DNA of 61,426 bases, counting the filler. It is 12 parts of 12 records of this genome, joined end to end, with 100 filler letters (N's around TTAATTAATTAA, not from the genome) between each part and the next. Parts side by side here need not be neighbours in the genome. Positions count along the whole stretch, not along the records: positions 31,955 to 35,805 come from SRR7504441_17571; positions 35,906 to 39,161 come from SRR7504441_17645; positions 39,262 to 42,570 come from SRR7504441_17673; positions 42,671 to 46,788 come from SRR7504441_17679; 8 more parts are not named here. The stretch is one strand, 5' to 3'. A program made the translations under genes and the position numbers. The first letter of the stretch is position 1; each line of letters opens with the position of its first letter. Positions 33,211 through 45,900 of this stretch are shown in pieces. The notes under the pieces are model-generated. The model was not told the DNA's origin. It did no database searches and saw only the letters and a program-made list of their open reading frames with translations.

Positions 33211-35805
33211 TCATTTACGCACATGCCTTTGGCTGAGCATGATGGCTGATGCATAACGCGAAAAGTCAAACTTCGCCTGGCGCATATCGCCTGACCCCCC
33301 AATCAGCACGCGAGACCCGAGCGCTGAGGAACCTGCTTCGCTCTCGAGGGCCTGGAGAAGCCCAGTAATAGCTTGAATGTCCATCAGCAGGTGGAGCCCA
33401 GCGATCTGGGCAGCCCTTTGGAAGCCAGCGGCGATTGTACTGAATGGCAGCACGTTCGCGCCTTTCGGAAGGAGTGTCTGTTGCAGGAGAATCTGGAAGC
33501 TTTCATGCAGCTGCATTACTTGTGATCCGATTTCGTCAGCAGCTAGAGACATCTCCACCCGCATTGCCGAGTCGTAATCTCCTGCCTCCTTGCACTGCTG
33601 GGACATGTTTATCTTAGCATAGCATGTTTTCCAGCTTTGCTCATACGGAGCATCTAGTAAAGCTTGGACCGAAAGACCTTGAGTGCAAGATGCCGGGCAT
33701 GATGATTGCTGTGCGCGATCCGATTTTGGTAGCTTGCTAGGTGCAGACACCCTAGGCGTGTAATTGGGCAGATGCTCAGCTGCTGGACTAGGCACAGGCT
33801 CCTCTTCGTGGCTCCTTCTGGCTGCTGTGGCGAGTTCAGCTTCAAGCTGAGCAACTTTGTTCCAGGCGGTTGCCTTCTCGTCTCGCAGCTCCTCCATAGT
33901 AGTCTGTAGGAGTTTCTGTTCCTGACGAGCGAGCTTCTCAGCCTCCACCCGGGCCTGTTTCTGCTGCTTCAGACTGGTCTCTGCCTGCTGCCGGAGCTGG
34001 AGCTCCGCGTCCTTTTCCTGCCTAAGCCTCTGAAGCTCAAAACGGTCTGCATCCTTGGGCTGCTTTGCTGACATCTTGTTCAGTTCTGCCACCAGCTTTG
34101 CGTTCTCTTCGCGTAATTCTTTCTCGACTTGCCTCGAATACCGAGTGCTGTCAGTGTTCTCCTGTCGAAGCCGCGAGACCTCGGATTTCAATGATTTGAT
34201 CTCCTCTGGATCGCACACTGGCCTAGACTTTTCCAGCTGTGGTTGCTTCCTCGCCTGTTTCTCGAGGTCGACCTGTCGGGCTAGGAGGGCGTCGACCCGC
34301 CGAGTCAGATCACGCTTCTCGTCTTTGGCTGCCTCGAGCTCCCTTCGAAGTCGCGCTGGTTCGTCGGACGTCTTTGCCTCATTCTTTGGAGCTTGTTTCT
34401 TCAGCCTTTCAAGCTCTCCTTCGATGCGAGCACAGCGCATTTCGGCTTGCTCTGCCACTCGCTCTGCCTGACGGGCCTGCTGCTTGAGTTGGGTTTCCTG
34501 GTCCTTAGAGATCTTCTCTGTCTCGTTCTTGGAAGCTTTCCTCAGGCGGTCCAATTCAGCCTCAATTCGGGCCACACGGGTCTCGGCCTGCTGCTCTATG
34601 TGTCTCATCTGCTGTTCAGACTGCTTTTTAGCACTGACCACCTTGCGCTGGACCTCATCTGCGAGTTGTTTATCCATATCTGCCTTCAGCTTGGCCTCGA
34701 AGGTCTCTTTGACTTCCATCTCAATGATTCTCTTTAGCTTCTGCTCATCTAATGACTTGCCAGATTTGAGCTTTTCTTGTTCCTCCTTGAGAGTTCTCAC
34801 CTCCTTCTCTAGCTGCCTGTTCAACTTGGCACATTCATCCCTAGATATTTTCATCTGCTCCATTGCAGCCTGACTTTCCTGCCTGGCCCTTTCAGATGCC
34901 TGTATCGCAGACCTGCTTTCTGTCTCTTGTCGCTGCGACCTGTCCTTGCGGTCCACAAGACCCTCCAGCCGATTTAGCTGCTGCTTGAGATCACGCTCAG
35001 TCAAGCGATGCTGCTTAGCTTCGTCTTCGCGTGCTTGTTTCAACTGCATCAGCTTGGTCTCAAGGTCTGACTGTGCAAGTGCTTGCTTTCGTGCTTCATC
35101 GGCCTTTCGAGCAACCTGATCAAGCAAATCTTGCTTCTCCCGCCGCAATTTCTCAGTCTCATCCTCTTCAGTTTGTCCCCTGTGGCTGAGCTGGTTGCAG
35201 CTTCGAGCAGTTTTGACCTCCTGTGCACTGCACATGGACTGCGCGGATAGCTTTGGGGCATCTGCAGCACCTGCTAGAACGCATTAGATTGCAAGTGGTA
35301 TTAAGTGGGCACACAGACCTGTCGGAGCGCCCACTAGCACTGCTTCGAATGCAGCAAGGCTCTTCTTGAAGTCGTGCTGATTTTCTGGGAGGACGCCAGC
35401 AAAAACTAGCCCTCACTCAGTCAGCAAGTTACCGCCAGCTCTCACCTTGGACAAAGCGGTCTGCTGTAATCAGCCTGCTGTCGTTGCTTAACTTGGAGAG
35501 CGCACGGACTTGGACTAGTTCAGGCAGCCAGGCGTCGCCCGCCTTTTCATTGAGCATCTGCAGCCACAGATCAATCATCACTCGACTGGCTGAGTACCTC
35601 AATCTGGCGGAGGCTGGCACAGTCATCTTCTCGCTTTGCTGGAATGAGCTTGAATAGCCTAGCATATGTTGTCAGCAATGCAATTGGCAAACCACAGGCA
35701 CCGGTAGAGGGCTTCTTGTCGAGTCTCACCATCAATAAACGTCGGCTCTACCTTTGTTGCTGAAAACAAGTCTTCCTGCTCCTGTTGCGCTGCTGCTGCT
35801 GCTGC
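33211..35805 (-). CDS. Long coiled-coil protein, 5'-truncated, multi-exon
   Basis: 674-aa E/K/Q/R-rich ORF plus upstream exon fragments. Confidence 0.7.
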
Positions 35806-35905
35806 NNNNNNNNNNNNNNNNNNNNNNNNNNNNNNNNNNNNNNNNNNNNTTAATTAATTAANNNNNNNNNNNNNNNNNNNNNNNNNNNNNNNNNNNNNNN
35901 NNNNN

Positions 35906-36031
35906 AGCCAGTATGCCAGCGACCCTTATGCCAGCGACCCTTATGCCAGCGATCCGTACGGGGGCTCGCTGTTCAGAGGCAGCCCTTACGGCCGGGGCGG
36001 CTACCCGGGCGGCTACGGCGGCTACTACTGA
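35906..36031 (+). CDS. 3' end of a Gly/Tyr-rich low-complexity protein
   Basis: SQ(YASDP)3YGGSLFRGSPYGRGGYPGGYGGYY*, encoded by a 15-nt tandem repeat. Confidence 0.55.
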   Translation, partial: SQYASDPYASDPYASDPYGGSLFRGSPYGRGGYPGGYGGYY

Positions 36032-36281
36032 GCCACTGCTAGTAACGTCGACTGATGAGCGCCGGCGATGTACGATGTGGGAAAGCTCAAAAGCCGTGCC
36101 GTAAGGTAGATTTATCGCATTAAATGTTCAGCATAAAACAAATGATAAATATATACCGAGATCTCACTTAGTGCCTGTAAATGCTCTAATCTGGTCGCCC
36201 TAGTGGCCTTTGGGTGGGGTCACCGCCTCTAGTACTAGGGGTGCCGTCTAAGTGCCTGCCTCCATACGAGTTTGTGGCGTG

Positions 36282-36983
36282 TCAGCCCTGCGGTGCGTCG
36301 CGCTGTGCAGGGGCCGTTCGCAGGGCGGGCGATCCGATCAGAGGGTCCACCCGCCCTCGCTGCTCCCGCGTAGCCTCGCCCCACCACTCAAGTTGTGAGA
36401 GCGCGCGACCGGCGTACGCGCCCCACCGCTCGGCCTCGCCTAGCGGGCGTCCTGCTGCGTCGAAGGCGTCCTGCGCCTTGGGCACATGCAGCATCGCTGA
36501 AACGGGAAGGCAGCCCAGTTCGGAGAGCGTCGGCCGGAGCGCATGGGCCGCTCGGGTGCCTCCCCACTGGCCGGCCGAGTAGGACACGATCAGTGACGGC
36601 TTGAACGAGAACACGGAAGACCCGAAGTGGTTGAGCAGGTTGAGCAGCGCCGGGCTGGGCGCGTGGTTGTATTCGGGCGTCACGAACACGTACGCCTCCG
36701 CCGTCGCCAGCCTTGTGGCGAGGCCGTCGAGCCCGACCGGCGGGGTCCCGTAGGCAAAGTGGGGCCGACGGAGCAGCGGCAGGTCCTCGAGCACGGGGTC
36801 CACAGCATCCACCGCGTGGCCACGCTCCGCCAGTGCGGCCTCAATCCAGTGGCCCACCCGCGTTCCAAGCGCCGCCGGGTGCGGAGGGCCCTCCACGCGC
36901 GTCGAGCCGAGCACGAGTGCCACACGCAACGGCGCACCCGCGGAGGCGCTCGAGCAGAGCATCCGGACCGTTCTCGAGCGCAT
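36282..36983 (-). CDS. NADPH-dependent FMN reductase (SsuE/ChrR-like flavoprotein)
   Basis: LVLGSTR, FVTPEYNH, KPSLIVSYSAGQWGGTRA; intronless. Confidence 0.92.
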   Translation of the reverse strand: MRSRTVRMLCSSASAGAPLRVALVLGSTRVEGPPHPAALGTRVGHWIEAALAERGHAVDAVDPVLEDLPLLRRPHFAYGTPPVGLDGLATRLATAEAYVFVTPEYNHAPSPALLNLLNHFGSSVFSFKPSLIVSYSAGQWGGTRAAHALRPTLSELGCLPVSAMLHVPKAQDAFDAAGRPLGEAERWGAYAGRALSQLEWWGEATREQRGRVDPLIGSPALRTAPAQRDAPQG

Positions 36984-37130
36984 GGCCGAGCCGTTCACAC
37001 TCACAGACGTGCTCACAGTCGCAACCCACCCGGCCCGCCGCCCCTCGCTGTCGGTACGGAGCTGGCAACGGCACCATAACGGCTTGTGCACCGCGGCCCC
37101 CTTTGAAGCCGCCAGGGCGGAGAGCGGAGG

Positions 37131-38251
37131 ATGGCGGGCGGTCAGCACGACACCAAGACGGCGGCAGGGCGGGCCGGGTCGGGCCGACGGCTGGGCAGGT
37201 GATCGTGGGCGACGGAATGATCGGCAAGGTGGCCCTAGCGCCGTCAGGCTTGGCGAGGGCGGGACAGACGTGCCTGGTGAGCCGTTTCACCAAGAGCGGC
37301 TGGGACAAGCCGGTGGACCTCCGATGTGCGGCCGGGCTGGCGGTCGGGCTGACGGCCGGGCACAGACCAGCCGACCACGTTTGACAACACTTCGGTGCCG
37401 CTTGTGTTAACGGACGAGGAAAGCGGCGAGTGGGAGCACTACGACCCATCGAGAGAGGGGCACATCGAGGAGGACCGGGTCATGCTCGAGGCAACGGGAA
37501 TGTCCGTTGGAATCCGTTACCGTTGGTCAGGTGTGGGACACGGCCGGGCAGGAGTCGATGGATACGCTGAGGACGTTGGCATACGCCAAAACCCACCTGT
37601 TCCTGATAGGTAACGGACATTCCTACCCGAGCTGACGGATGGCAGGGTACAGCATCGACAACCCGACCTCACTCAAGAACGTGCTCGAGAGCTGGCAACT
37701 CGAGCTGAACGAGCAGGCGCTGACCACTCACCTGATCAGCACCACCGACCGGATGTGTTCAGGTGGCGAGCTGTCCCATCTCGAGGACCGCCCCGCGCAT
37801 CCTAGTCGGCACCAAGGTGGGGCGTCCGTTACATTCTATTAATAGCTGGGCAGCGCGACCTGCGCGAGGCCGCACTGGAGGCCGACAGCAGCGCGGCCTC
37901 ACAGTTTGTCTCCTACGAGCAGGCGTACGAGGTGTTGCTGTATGGCTGGGCGGCCAGACACCAGGGGGGCAGGTGGCGAGCAAGCTGGACCGTTGCGTGG
38001 GGCTGGTGGAGACCTCAGCGATCAGCAAGCACGGGGTGCATCAGCTGGTCCGCCTCATAGTGCAGGCCGGGATGGCGTACGCGCTCGACCCGAGGGAGCG
38101 ATGCCCTGTCAAACTAGAAGACTTCGCCCCAGCCGCCCCCGAGCAGCCGGAGCAGCCGGAGCAGCCGGAGCAGCCGGTGATTCGTAGGCAGACCAAGCGA
38201 AGCGAGTCGCAGAACGTGGACGAGGATGCGGGCTGCTGCGCGCTGAGTTGA
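37131..38251 (+). CDS. Rho-family small GTPase, 9 exons
   Basis: Introns 37161-37198, 37229-37267, 37326-37365, 37491-37530, 37610-37645, 37717-37762, 37817-37853 and 37932-37972 give VIVGDGMIGKTCL, YQPTTFDN, VWDTAGQE, ILVGTKRDLR, ETSA and a C-terminal CCALS prenylation motif. Confidence 0.9.
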
Positions 38252-38447
38252 GCCCCGCCACCATATAGTGATTACCAGTACAGCGATTGAGCCGTTGCCC
38301 GCCAATAAAAATGCTCACAATCAATAGTTTCGGCCGCGCATCGCAGGAACCTAGACGTAACTGACGAACTGAGTTGTACTGCCGGCGACGTGTGTCAACG
38401 GCATTGATCGACCCACCCGGCTTGGAGTGGGTGGCTGGGGGTGGAGG

Positions 38448-38772
38448 ATGGGGTTCTCATTCGGGGACCTTTACATCTGCGGGCTGATGGTGCTCAACGG
38501 CCTGGCCGTGCTGCACGAGCAAAAGTTCCTGGCCAAATGTGGCTGGCCGGCGGGCCTCTAGGCTGAGGATGGGGCAGACGGGCTGGTGGCAGACCAGATG
38601 GACCCGATGTTTGACCAGTCGAGCAGCAAGGCCAAGATGGTCAAGGTGATCAACGCGGTCCAGACCGTCATGCGCTGTGCCCCCCCCCCCCCCCGGGCCG
38701 GCCGGAGCGAGGGCAGGGCCGTTGGTGCTGGTGAACGTGCTGACTATACTCTACTTGCTGCTGCTCGGCTGA
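38448..38772 (+). CDS. YOS1: Yos1/IER3IP1 ER-Golgi transport protein, 2 introns
   Basis: Spliced MGFSFGDLYICGLMVLNGLAVLHEQKFLAK...KMVKVINAVQTVMRWPLVLVNVLTILYLLLLG*. Confidence 0.88.
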
Positions 38773-39561
38773 ACGGGCAGCTTTGTGTGGGAGCCCGGCG
38801 CTGGACTCGGCCTGCCGTACTATAGTTTAAATGATCGCGCCTGCTGACTATTCGAATCCATACGAGTAGCTTCGATCGACTGCTCGCAGCGTCACCCCCA
38901 AGTCCCCCCACCGACCAGGCTTCTCCCCACCGACAAGGCTCTCGCCGGTTACGGTGAACGCCCGGTCGGGCGCCAGGCGGAGCATCGCCGTGTCATTAAT
39001 GTTACTCGTACGCAGTATAATGTTTATTCACGTTTATTGCGCTAGGCTGAGATGCTCACACTCGTACTCGTAGTAACACTCGTAGCCGATCAACCATGCG
39101 ATCAGCTAAGCTTAGTCTTCAGCCCTACTTCAGCCCGGCCACTAGCCTCGGAGTCCCTTCGNNNNNNNNNNNNNNNNNNNNNNNNNNNNNNNNNNNNNNN
39201 NNNNNTTAATTAATTAANNNNNNNNNNNNNNNNNNNNNNNNNNNNNNNNNNNNNNNNNNNNGCCGTGGCGTGCAGCATTCGCTGCGAGGACCAAGCCGGG
39301 CACCTGGTTTTAGCGCGACCGGGTGTCTTGGAGCTGTCCGAGCCGGAGGTCGAGCGTCCTAGAGCGTCCGGATGCTCGAGCTGAAGAAGCTGCTGACGAC
39401 TAGGCGTGGGACCGTACAAGTCATGTACTCGTACATGTAATGTTACACGTAATACACTTACATATAATTCTAGGATTGTGTCGCACTCCAGAATGTTCAA
39501 TAGTTATAGTGGAGTAATAGTGTCCAGAGTGCTGTGCATTTTGAACTACTTACCTAGGCCC

Positions 39562-42500
39562 CTAAGTATCATGTCTGCATGCCATTGCTGCCCGGAAGGC
39601 TCCTGCTTGCAGATGACAGTCGACGTTGCATGTCATGCCTCCGCTTCTCATGAATGTTGTTATCCCACCTGCAGCCCAATCCATCAACCAAGCCACAACC
39701 AAGCAGCACGCTAACATCGACTCCAGTATATTATCACAAGACAGCAATACTCTGTCGACAGCACTTACTCAGAGGTCAGAGAATTCAGTCGTGAGTCGCT
39801 GGCCACAGGAGGGACCTCGCCGCTGCTCATGCCCTGCAGAAGTTCATAAAATGAAATAACACGACAGCTGGACACAAACCTGGTGGAACTCTCGCCGGTC
39901 AATCACGCCATCCTTGTTGGCATCAAGCTGGTTGAACAGAGACCCTGCCTGAGAACACCACAATTAGCTATTGATTGTCGGTGGAGCACCTGGTCCCTGA
40001 GCACTTGCTCGCCCAGCTTCTGGATCAGCAGCTCCTCCTCTCGCTCTTGTGCCAGCCGCCTGCCCCCAGCTCAATCACGATTGACGAGCCTTTATCCCGT
40101 TAGTACCGGTAGGCCTCCATCCCGAGCTGACGAACAAGATCATTCCTGACCTGATCATCCTCCGGCCTGCACTCACCATGATCTCATCATATTAGCTCAG
40201 CCAGCCCACCCTGGCTCTCCCTGCAGCCTCAACCGCTCGGCCACTCGCTGCCGCAGCGCTGCGCCTGCACGCACAGTCACTTGGGACTTGCTAACGGCTG
40301 GGGCACCGTTCAGACTGAGCCTTGGGTTAGCGTTATCCAGCTGAGGCTTACACATGCCCATCCCCATCTGCACCGCCTCAGCCCCTGCTGCCGGCCCCCA
40401 AAGTCACCGCTGCCCGCCCTGTCTCAGGGAAACCTGTCCACACTCAGTCAATCCCTTACTAACTAATAGTAGGCACCCAGGTGCTGGAGCATCTCGGTGC
40501 GAGCATCGTCGAGCCGCTCTGTCGTGCTTCGCTGTGCAGCGGCCTTAGCCCGGTGCTGGGCATTAGCCTCCTCCAGGGCAGCAACCCGCTGCTCAAGCAC
40601 AGCCTTCTCTGTGTTGGTCTTGTCAAGCTGTTCGTTGGTGGTTGCCAGGTTCTTGTTGGCGTCGGCCTCGGCCATCTTGGCCTTCTTGAGGGCCTCAATG
40701 TTGTTCATTGCCTGCAGAAGTTGGTGAGAGGCATTGGAGTTGGGTCTAAGTCGCCTGCGAAGCGAAGTCCTCCATGCTTTGCCTCGTCTCACCGAGTTCT
40801 CGCTCCAGCGCAAGTCGCGCCTCGTGCTCAGCGCATTGCGACCTGAGGCTGGGCTCGAATGCGATATCATATTATTATGGCCCGAAACCTCTCCAGTTCG
40901 GTGGCTCTCTGCTCGGACATTGCACGGAAGCCCTGCTCGGCGGCCAGCTGACTGTGCGCCTCCTGGCACTTGCCAGACCATTCGTTCAGCTCCCTTGTGT
41001 ACTGAGCTTCCCTGCAAGTGCTTGGTTAGACACGTTCCCCAACCAATGCTTTCAACAGACCAAATGGCTTGCTGCTGGCTGGCGTGCTCCTGGCTCTGCA
41101 CCTTGTGCTCCTCTAGGCTCCGTTGCAGCTGCTGGACCAGCAACTGCCGCCCCACCCTCAGTAATTAGTCCATAATCCCAAGTGACGCCTGTTCGTGCTC
41201 AAATCTCTGCCGCCAGTTGCCCTGCTCGGCCGCAGTGGCTGCTAGCTGTCGTTCAAGCCCGTCCTTGCACTCTGTCAGCCTGCCAGGACTCAACACTCCA
41301 TTCAATTGGAGCAGCAATCGGAGTACCGGCAGATCTCGCGCTCCATCATTGAGATTTTCTGCACCTGCCACAGGTGCTTAGCCAGGCCACACTAGACAGT
41401 TAATAATAGCAATGTTATCAGCGGCAGGGAGTACCTGCTCCAGGTTCGACTCGAGACCGTCCTGCGGGTGATAGGCCCGGCGTTGCGGTGAGATCTAAAC
41501 AGCAAGTCAGCACATGGCAGTCTGTTGGAGCCACTGAGCGCATCGGCGAAACAGACTTGCGCAGCTTGTTGATGGCAGGCGGCGGCTTTGTGGCGGCCAG
41601 CTCGTCCAACTGATCATGCAGCCTGGCTACGTTGGCCTGGCCTGGACCAACGCTCAGCCAGCTCGTTTGGTTGTCACACCTTGCGCAGCCCGGTCCATCG
41701 CTTGCTGGGTCTGGGCCATTGTCTCAAAGTGGAACGCCTTGCTTGCCTCCATCTCCTGCCCCGTCTTACAATTCTGTCGTACAGGGATGGTGTACCGCCG
41801 CCATCGGATCCGGCTGGGCGGAGTGGGGGTGGGGCACATGCTCGGCCCACTCGAGCGTCTGGGCACACAGTCACCCCTCGCATGCAACCAACGCTCACCT
41901 GGCGCATCTTCTGGACCATCTGCCGGCGCGCATTGATCGCAGGGCTCGGGTGCTCCCGGATCAGTGGTGGGGCCGCAACTCTCACAGGTTCCTGCAATCT
42001 AGCGCTGACTGGTACCGGCTCGATCTCGGGCTCCGGAGCCGGTTGCGGCTTAGTCCCACCGAGGGAATCGAGGCGGGACTGGGTCTCAGTTGGGCGAGCT
42101 GGGACTGTGCGGGGCTCCATGCTGCTAGCAACTGAGAGTGATCGAGACTTCTTGAAGATTTCACTCTTGCGCCGGTTGGCTTGCTCAATCATCGCTTCAA
42201 AATCTGCCCCCAATCTTCGGCCAATAGACCAGAAATTGACAAACCTTCGGCCTTATCTGCGAGCTCCACACTGGGTGGAACCATCACTGGTTCCTGCTGT
42301 GGCTCCTCGCTCTTACTGGGCTCGACGCTTTGGCCAGGCTCAGTGCTTGGTGTCGACTCTAGGCTCCCGCCGTGCACCGACTGGGTAACAGACAGGTCGC
42401 CCTCCCTGGCACTCTGGAAGGGTGTAATGCTTGGCTCCACGCTGGACAGCGCGCTCTTCCGGGGTCCAATGCTCTCAGACTGGGTACAGCGGTGCTCTGG

Positions 42501-42570
42501 CTCCTGCAAAGTAATGTCAGGTGATCAAATGCGTCTTAAGCGGAGGGTACCGTCGAATCAAGCTCAAAGA
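39562..42570 (-). CDS. Multi-exon coiled-coil protein with a C-terminal EF-hand; 5'-truncated, 3' end approximate
   Basis: Coiled-coil exons; exon near 39880-39945 reads LFNQLDANKDGVIDRREF, a canonical EF-hand loop. Confidence 0.55.
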
Positions 42571-42936
42571 NNNNNNNNNNNNNNNNNNNNNNNNNNNNNN
42601 NNNNNNNNNNNNNNTTAATTAATTAANNNNNNNNNNNNNNNNNNNNNNNNNNNNNNNNNNNNNNNNNNNNACCTCCCAAAACACCCCTTACGACTGCCCC
42701 TCGGTCAATTTGACAGCAATTTGACGTGATTGTGACTTTTGAAATTTCCGATTTCCGAGCCTAGGCTGGATCCATCAAAATTATTGACTTCGACGCATTC
42801 GCGATCTCGGACTCTAGAGAAAGCTCTTTATATTTAGAATGTACAAGTTATATCACAGAGTTGTACATGTTGTCCGTACTCATAGATGGTCCAGGTCGAG
42901 AAGCAGAATATAATGTTATATACATGACTAAGATGG

Positions 42937-45900
42937 CTATTCGTCCTCCTCTGGTTCTTCGGGTTTGATCTGCCAATCAAAAGATCAGTTCATGTAGGTA
43001 TGTACCTATAGCACAATACCTTGCACATATAGATCCAGGTTGAGTTGACACCACAGTAATACGGGGAGCAGCAGGCACCAAAGGCAAAAAAGAACTCTTC
43101 ATCCTCATCCATCATATCCATAATCCGCTCCTTCTCATCCACCTCCTCAGAATATGAGAAACGATCGATGATCCGGTTCTTGATCCGCTTCGCATCTGAG
43201 AATGAGAAATTGATGGGAATACCCTCGAAAGAATGATTCTTAGGAATAGTTCTCTGTATCTCAGCTTTCCAAAGCTGAATCCGGCGACGAACACGCTTCA
43301 GGTCCTCCTCCTCTTCCACCACCATTTCGTCCTCCATGAGCTTGAGCCCCTTTGACAACACCTGCTCAATGTTGCCTGGTTGCGGAGGGTCGGCCTCTGG
43401 GTCAAATTCCCAGATGTTGGTGTCAAGCATTTCCTTCTCACGTGCAAAACGGATACCCTCCTTAAGTATGTGCAGAATCTTCTTGGCCAGCTCATTAGCC
43501 TTACTCTGCTTGAGTCGCCCGCCAATCTGAGGTTCATCATAAAATACCTTCTTGGCGTCCTCGTCAGGTGTAAACCCTTCATCAAATGAGCAAAACGGCT
43601 TCCACTGAGATAAATCGTCCACCTCATACATGCATTTGGACGGGTTGACCGAAAACTGGATATTTGCCCACGTATTTTCAGCATTTGTGAGCGTGTGTAT
43701 CTGTGCATATGGCGGAAATCGCTCAGGCAGAGGCTCTGGGTATTCATCACCTGACCACCCTCAGCTCACACAGTGCTCGGTCAGGTCAGTGTACGTACCA
43801 GAGTCTGAGTCGTCATCTGCCAAATTCAGACCCTGCAGCATCGCCAACTCCTCTTGCAGCCCATCGTCTGGCTTGAGCATCTCGAAAGATAACCGCTCGT
43901 CGGGCTCAAAAAACGCCACAAACTTCTCATCCTCGCCTTCAGCCTCGGGATCTGAGGCAAGGCGTCAGCTACGCAGCTATGTTGGGCCAAAGCACCTCCC
44001 CCTTCACCCTCTGCACCAGCAGCCTCGTCTTCATCGTCTGAATCTTCTTCCTCACAACCGGCCCATCGCTCATCTAATCTATATATAAACCCTGTGATGG
44101 TTTCAAAGAAGGCTACTGAGCCATCTGGCCAGCGGACCAGCACCCAGACATGCTCGCCATCTGACTGCTTCACCACCAGCTCGTCAGTTTGCTCGTCCAT
44201 TTCTTGCACCAGTGCTCGGCCCGTGCAAAGGTATGAATCCAGCCCAAGTGCGAGCAGCATATTAACCAGCATGATAGCGTGGTCCTCACTGTCGCCCTTC
44301 TTCACGTCTAGAAAGAACTTTGGAGATGCCCATGAATTTCCTCCATCGGATGTTTGGAGCATCTCGTCGTCTGCTTCAAAAGTGATGGAGGACACCATTC
44401 GTGCAACCTCCTTGTAATTGGATAAGTCGAGAGGCATCCCCTGATACCAACATCAGCAAATCATACAGCTGGCCAATTTACCCCCATTGGAGCTACGTAC
44501 TCTGGTAAAAAGTGCTCTACCATTCGTTCATCCATCGCCTTCCATGTGTAACCTCCCCGTCTCATTACCTTCTTGTGTGCCCTGGGGGCCAAAGCCTGCA
44601 GGCAGAGCTCAGAGACCCAGCCAAGCTGGAGGCTGCACCTTGATGTTCCTAGACCATGAATCCGCACGCTCGTTGAACTCCAGAGGCAGAACCTTCTTCT
44701 CTGTATCTTTGGGCTTTTCCAGAAAGATCTCGTTCTCGTCCTCATCGAGCAGCACAGGGGTGAACCATGCGCGGAGCTCGAGTGTGGCTTTCTTGCTCGA
44801 GCATTGTTCGAGCTTGATGGTCTTCTGCAAGATTCTGGTGTCCTCTATGTCATCCACTGTGGTCTTTAGGTTCTCATTGATCTCCCAGAGACCTGCTCGA
44901 ACCGTCAGCCGAGGCATTTGCTACCCTGGCTACCAAATTCAGCATTTCCATGGAAATCACACGTGCCGTCCTCGTCCCAGTCAAACACAGAGATCTTGAC
45001 ATAAGGTTGCTGGCACAGGCTCACTAACTTCTAAAGCCTAGCAGCTTGCCTTTTGGCCTAGGGTCTCTTCATCAAATTTGGACAGTAGAATAGGAAAGAA
45101 CAACCGGTCCCCGAATTGTGGATTGAGACTTTTCTTCACCACACCAGTGCTCTGCTTCATAGACTCCCACTCACATGTCACGTAGCAGTCCGTGTATCTG
45201 CCAGCACAGCTCAACAAAAACTCAGGCCTAGCTCCAGCACCCGTTCTCATCAGTGGCAGGCAGGTTTTCACATTTCACGATCTCGATCGCCATGTATTTG
45301 ACTCCCGGCTTGAGCCTCACCGGGGCACCAGTTTGCATGTACCTGCAACCCCAGTTGGCAATACAAACCTTCAAGCAATCACCGTGGCATTGACTCTATT
45401 TCGGCATAGCCCTTGGCCTCACCCCATGGGATGCAACGGATTACCGTCTGGAACTGCCCTGCATACACCTCCTCCTGTACTTTCTCTGTGAAACTCAGTC
45501 CAGATTTGATGTATGCCCTCGCCCCTGAGCCTTTTTCGACCACAAAACAGCCATTCAGAGGCATAGACGCCCAACCAATCACCTAGACCCAGCTTAGACC
45601 GGCCGCCGCCCGGCTGCGCTGACCTTGTCGAAACCGAACATATCCCAGTGCCAGATCTTAATTTGGAGCATTTCATCGCTCAGCTCCGACCAAGTTCCGT
45701 TGTAGCGCAGCACGTCTGTCATCTCCGAGTACCTGCGTGCGGTCAGCCTCGAGGATCGGCTAGCGCTGGGAACTTTGGAAAAAGCGTGTTGAACTCAGTT
45801 TCTGATTTGCACTTCCGACCAAAGTGCCCTCCCGCTACAAAGAACTTCTTCCAGTCTCCTTGGATCTGACGCCCGGCTCGCGGGCGGGCGGGCCCGGAGG

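Noticed and set aside
35910-35960. 15-nt tandem repeat as a CRISPR-like array
   Set aside because: No spacers; it is an in-frame coding repeat (YASDP) in a eukaryotic gene.
37161-37972. Short introns as introner (transposon-derived) elements
   Set aside because: I see no shared internal sequence or terminal inverted repeats among the introns; an all-versus-all intron comparison would be needed to exclude this fully.
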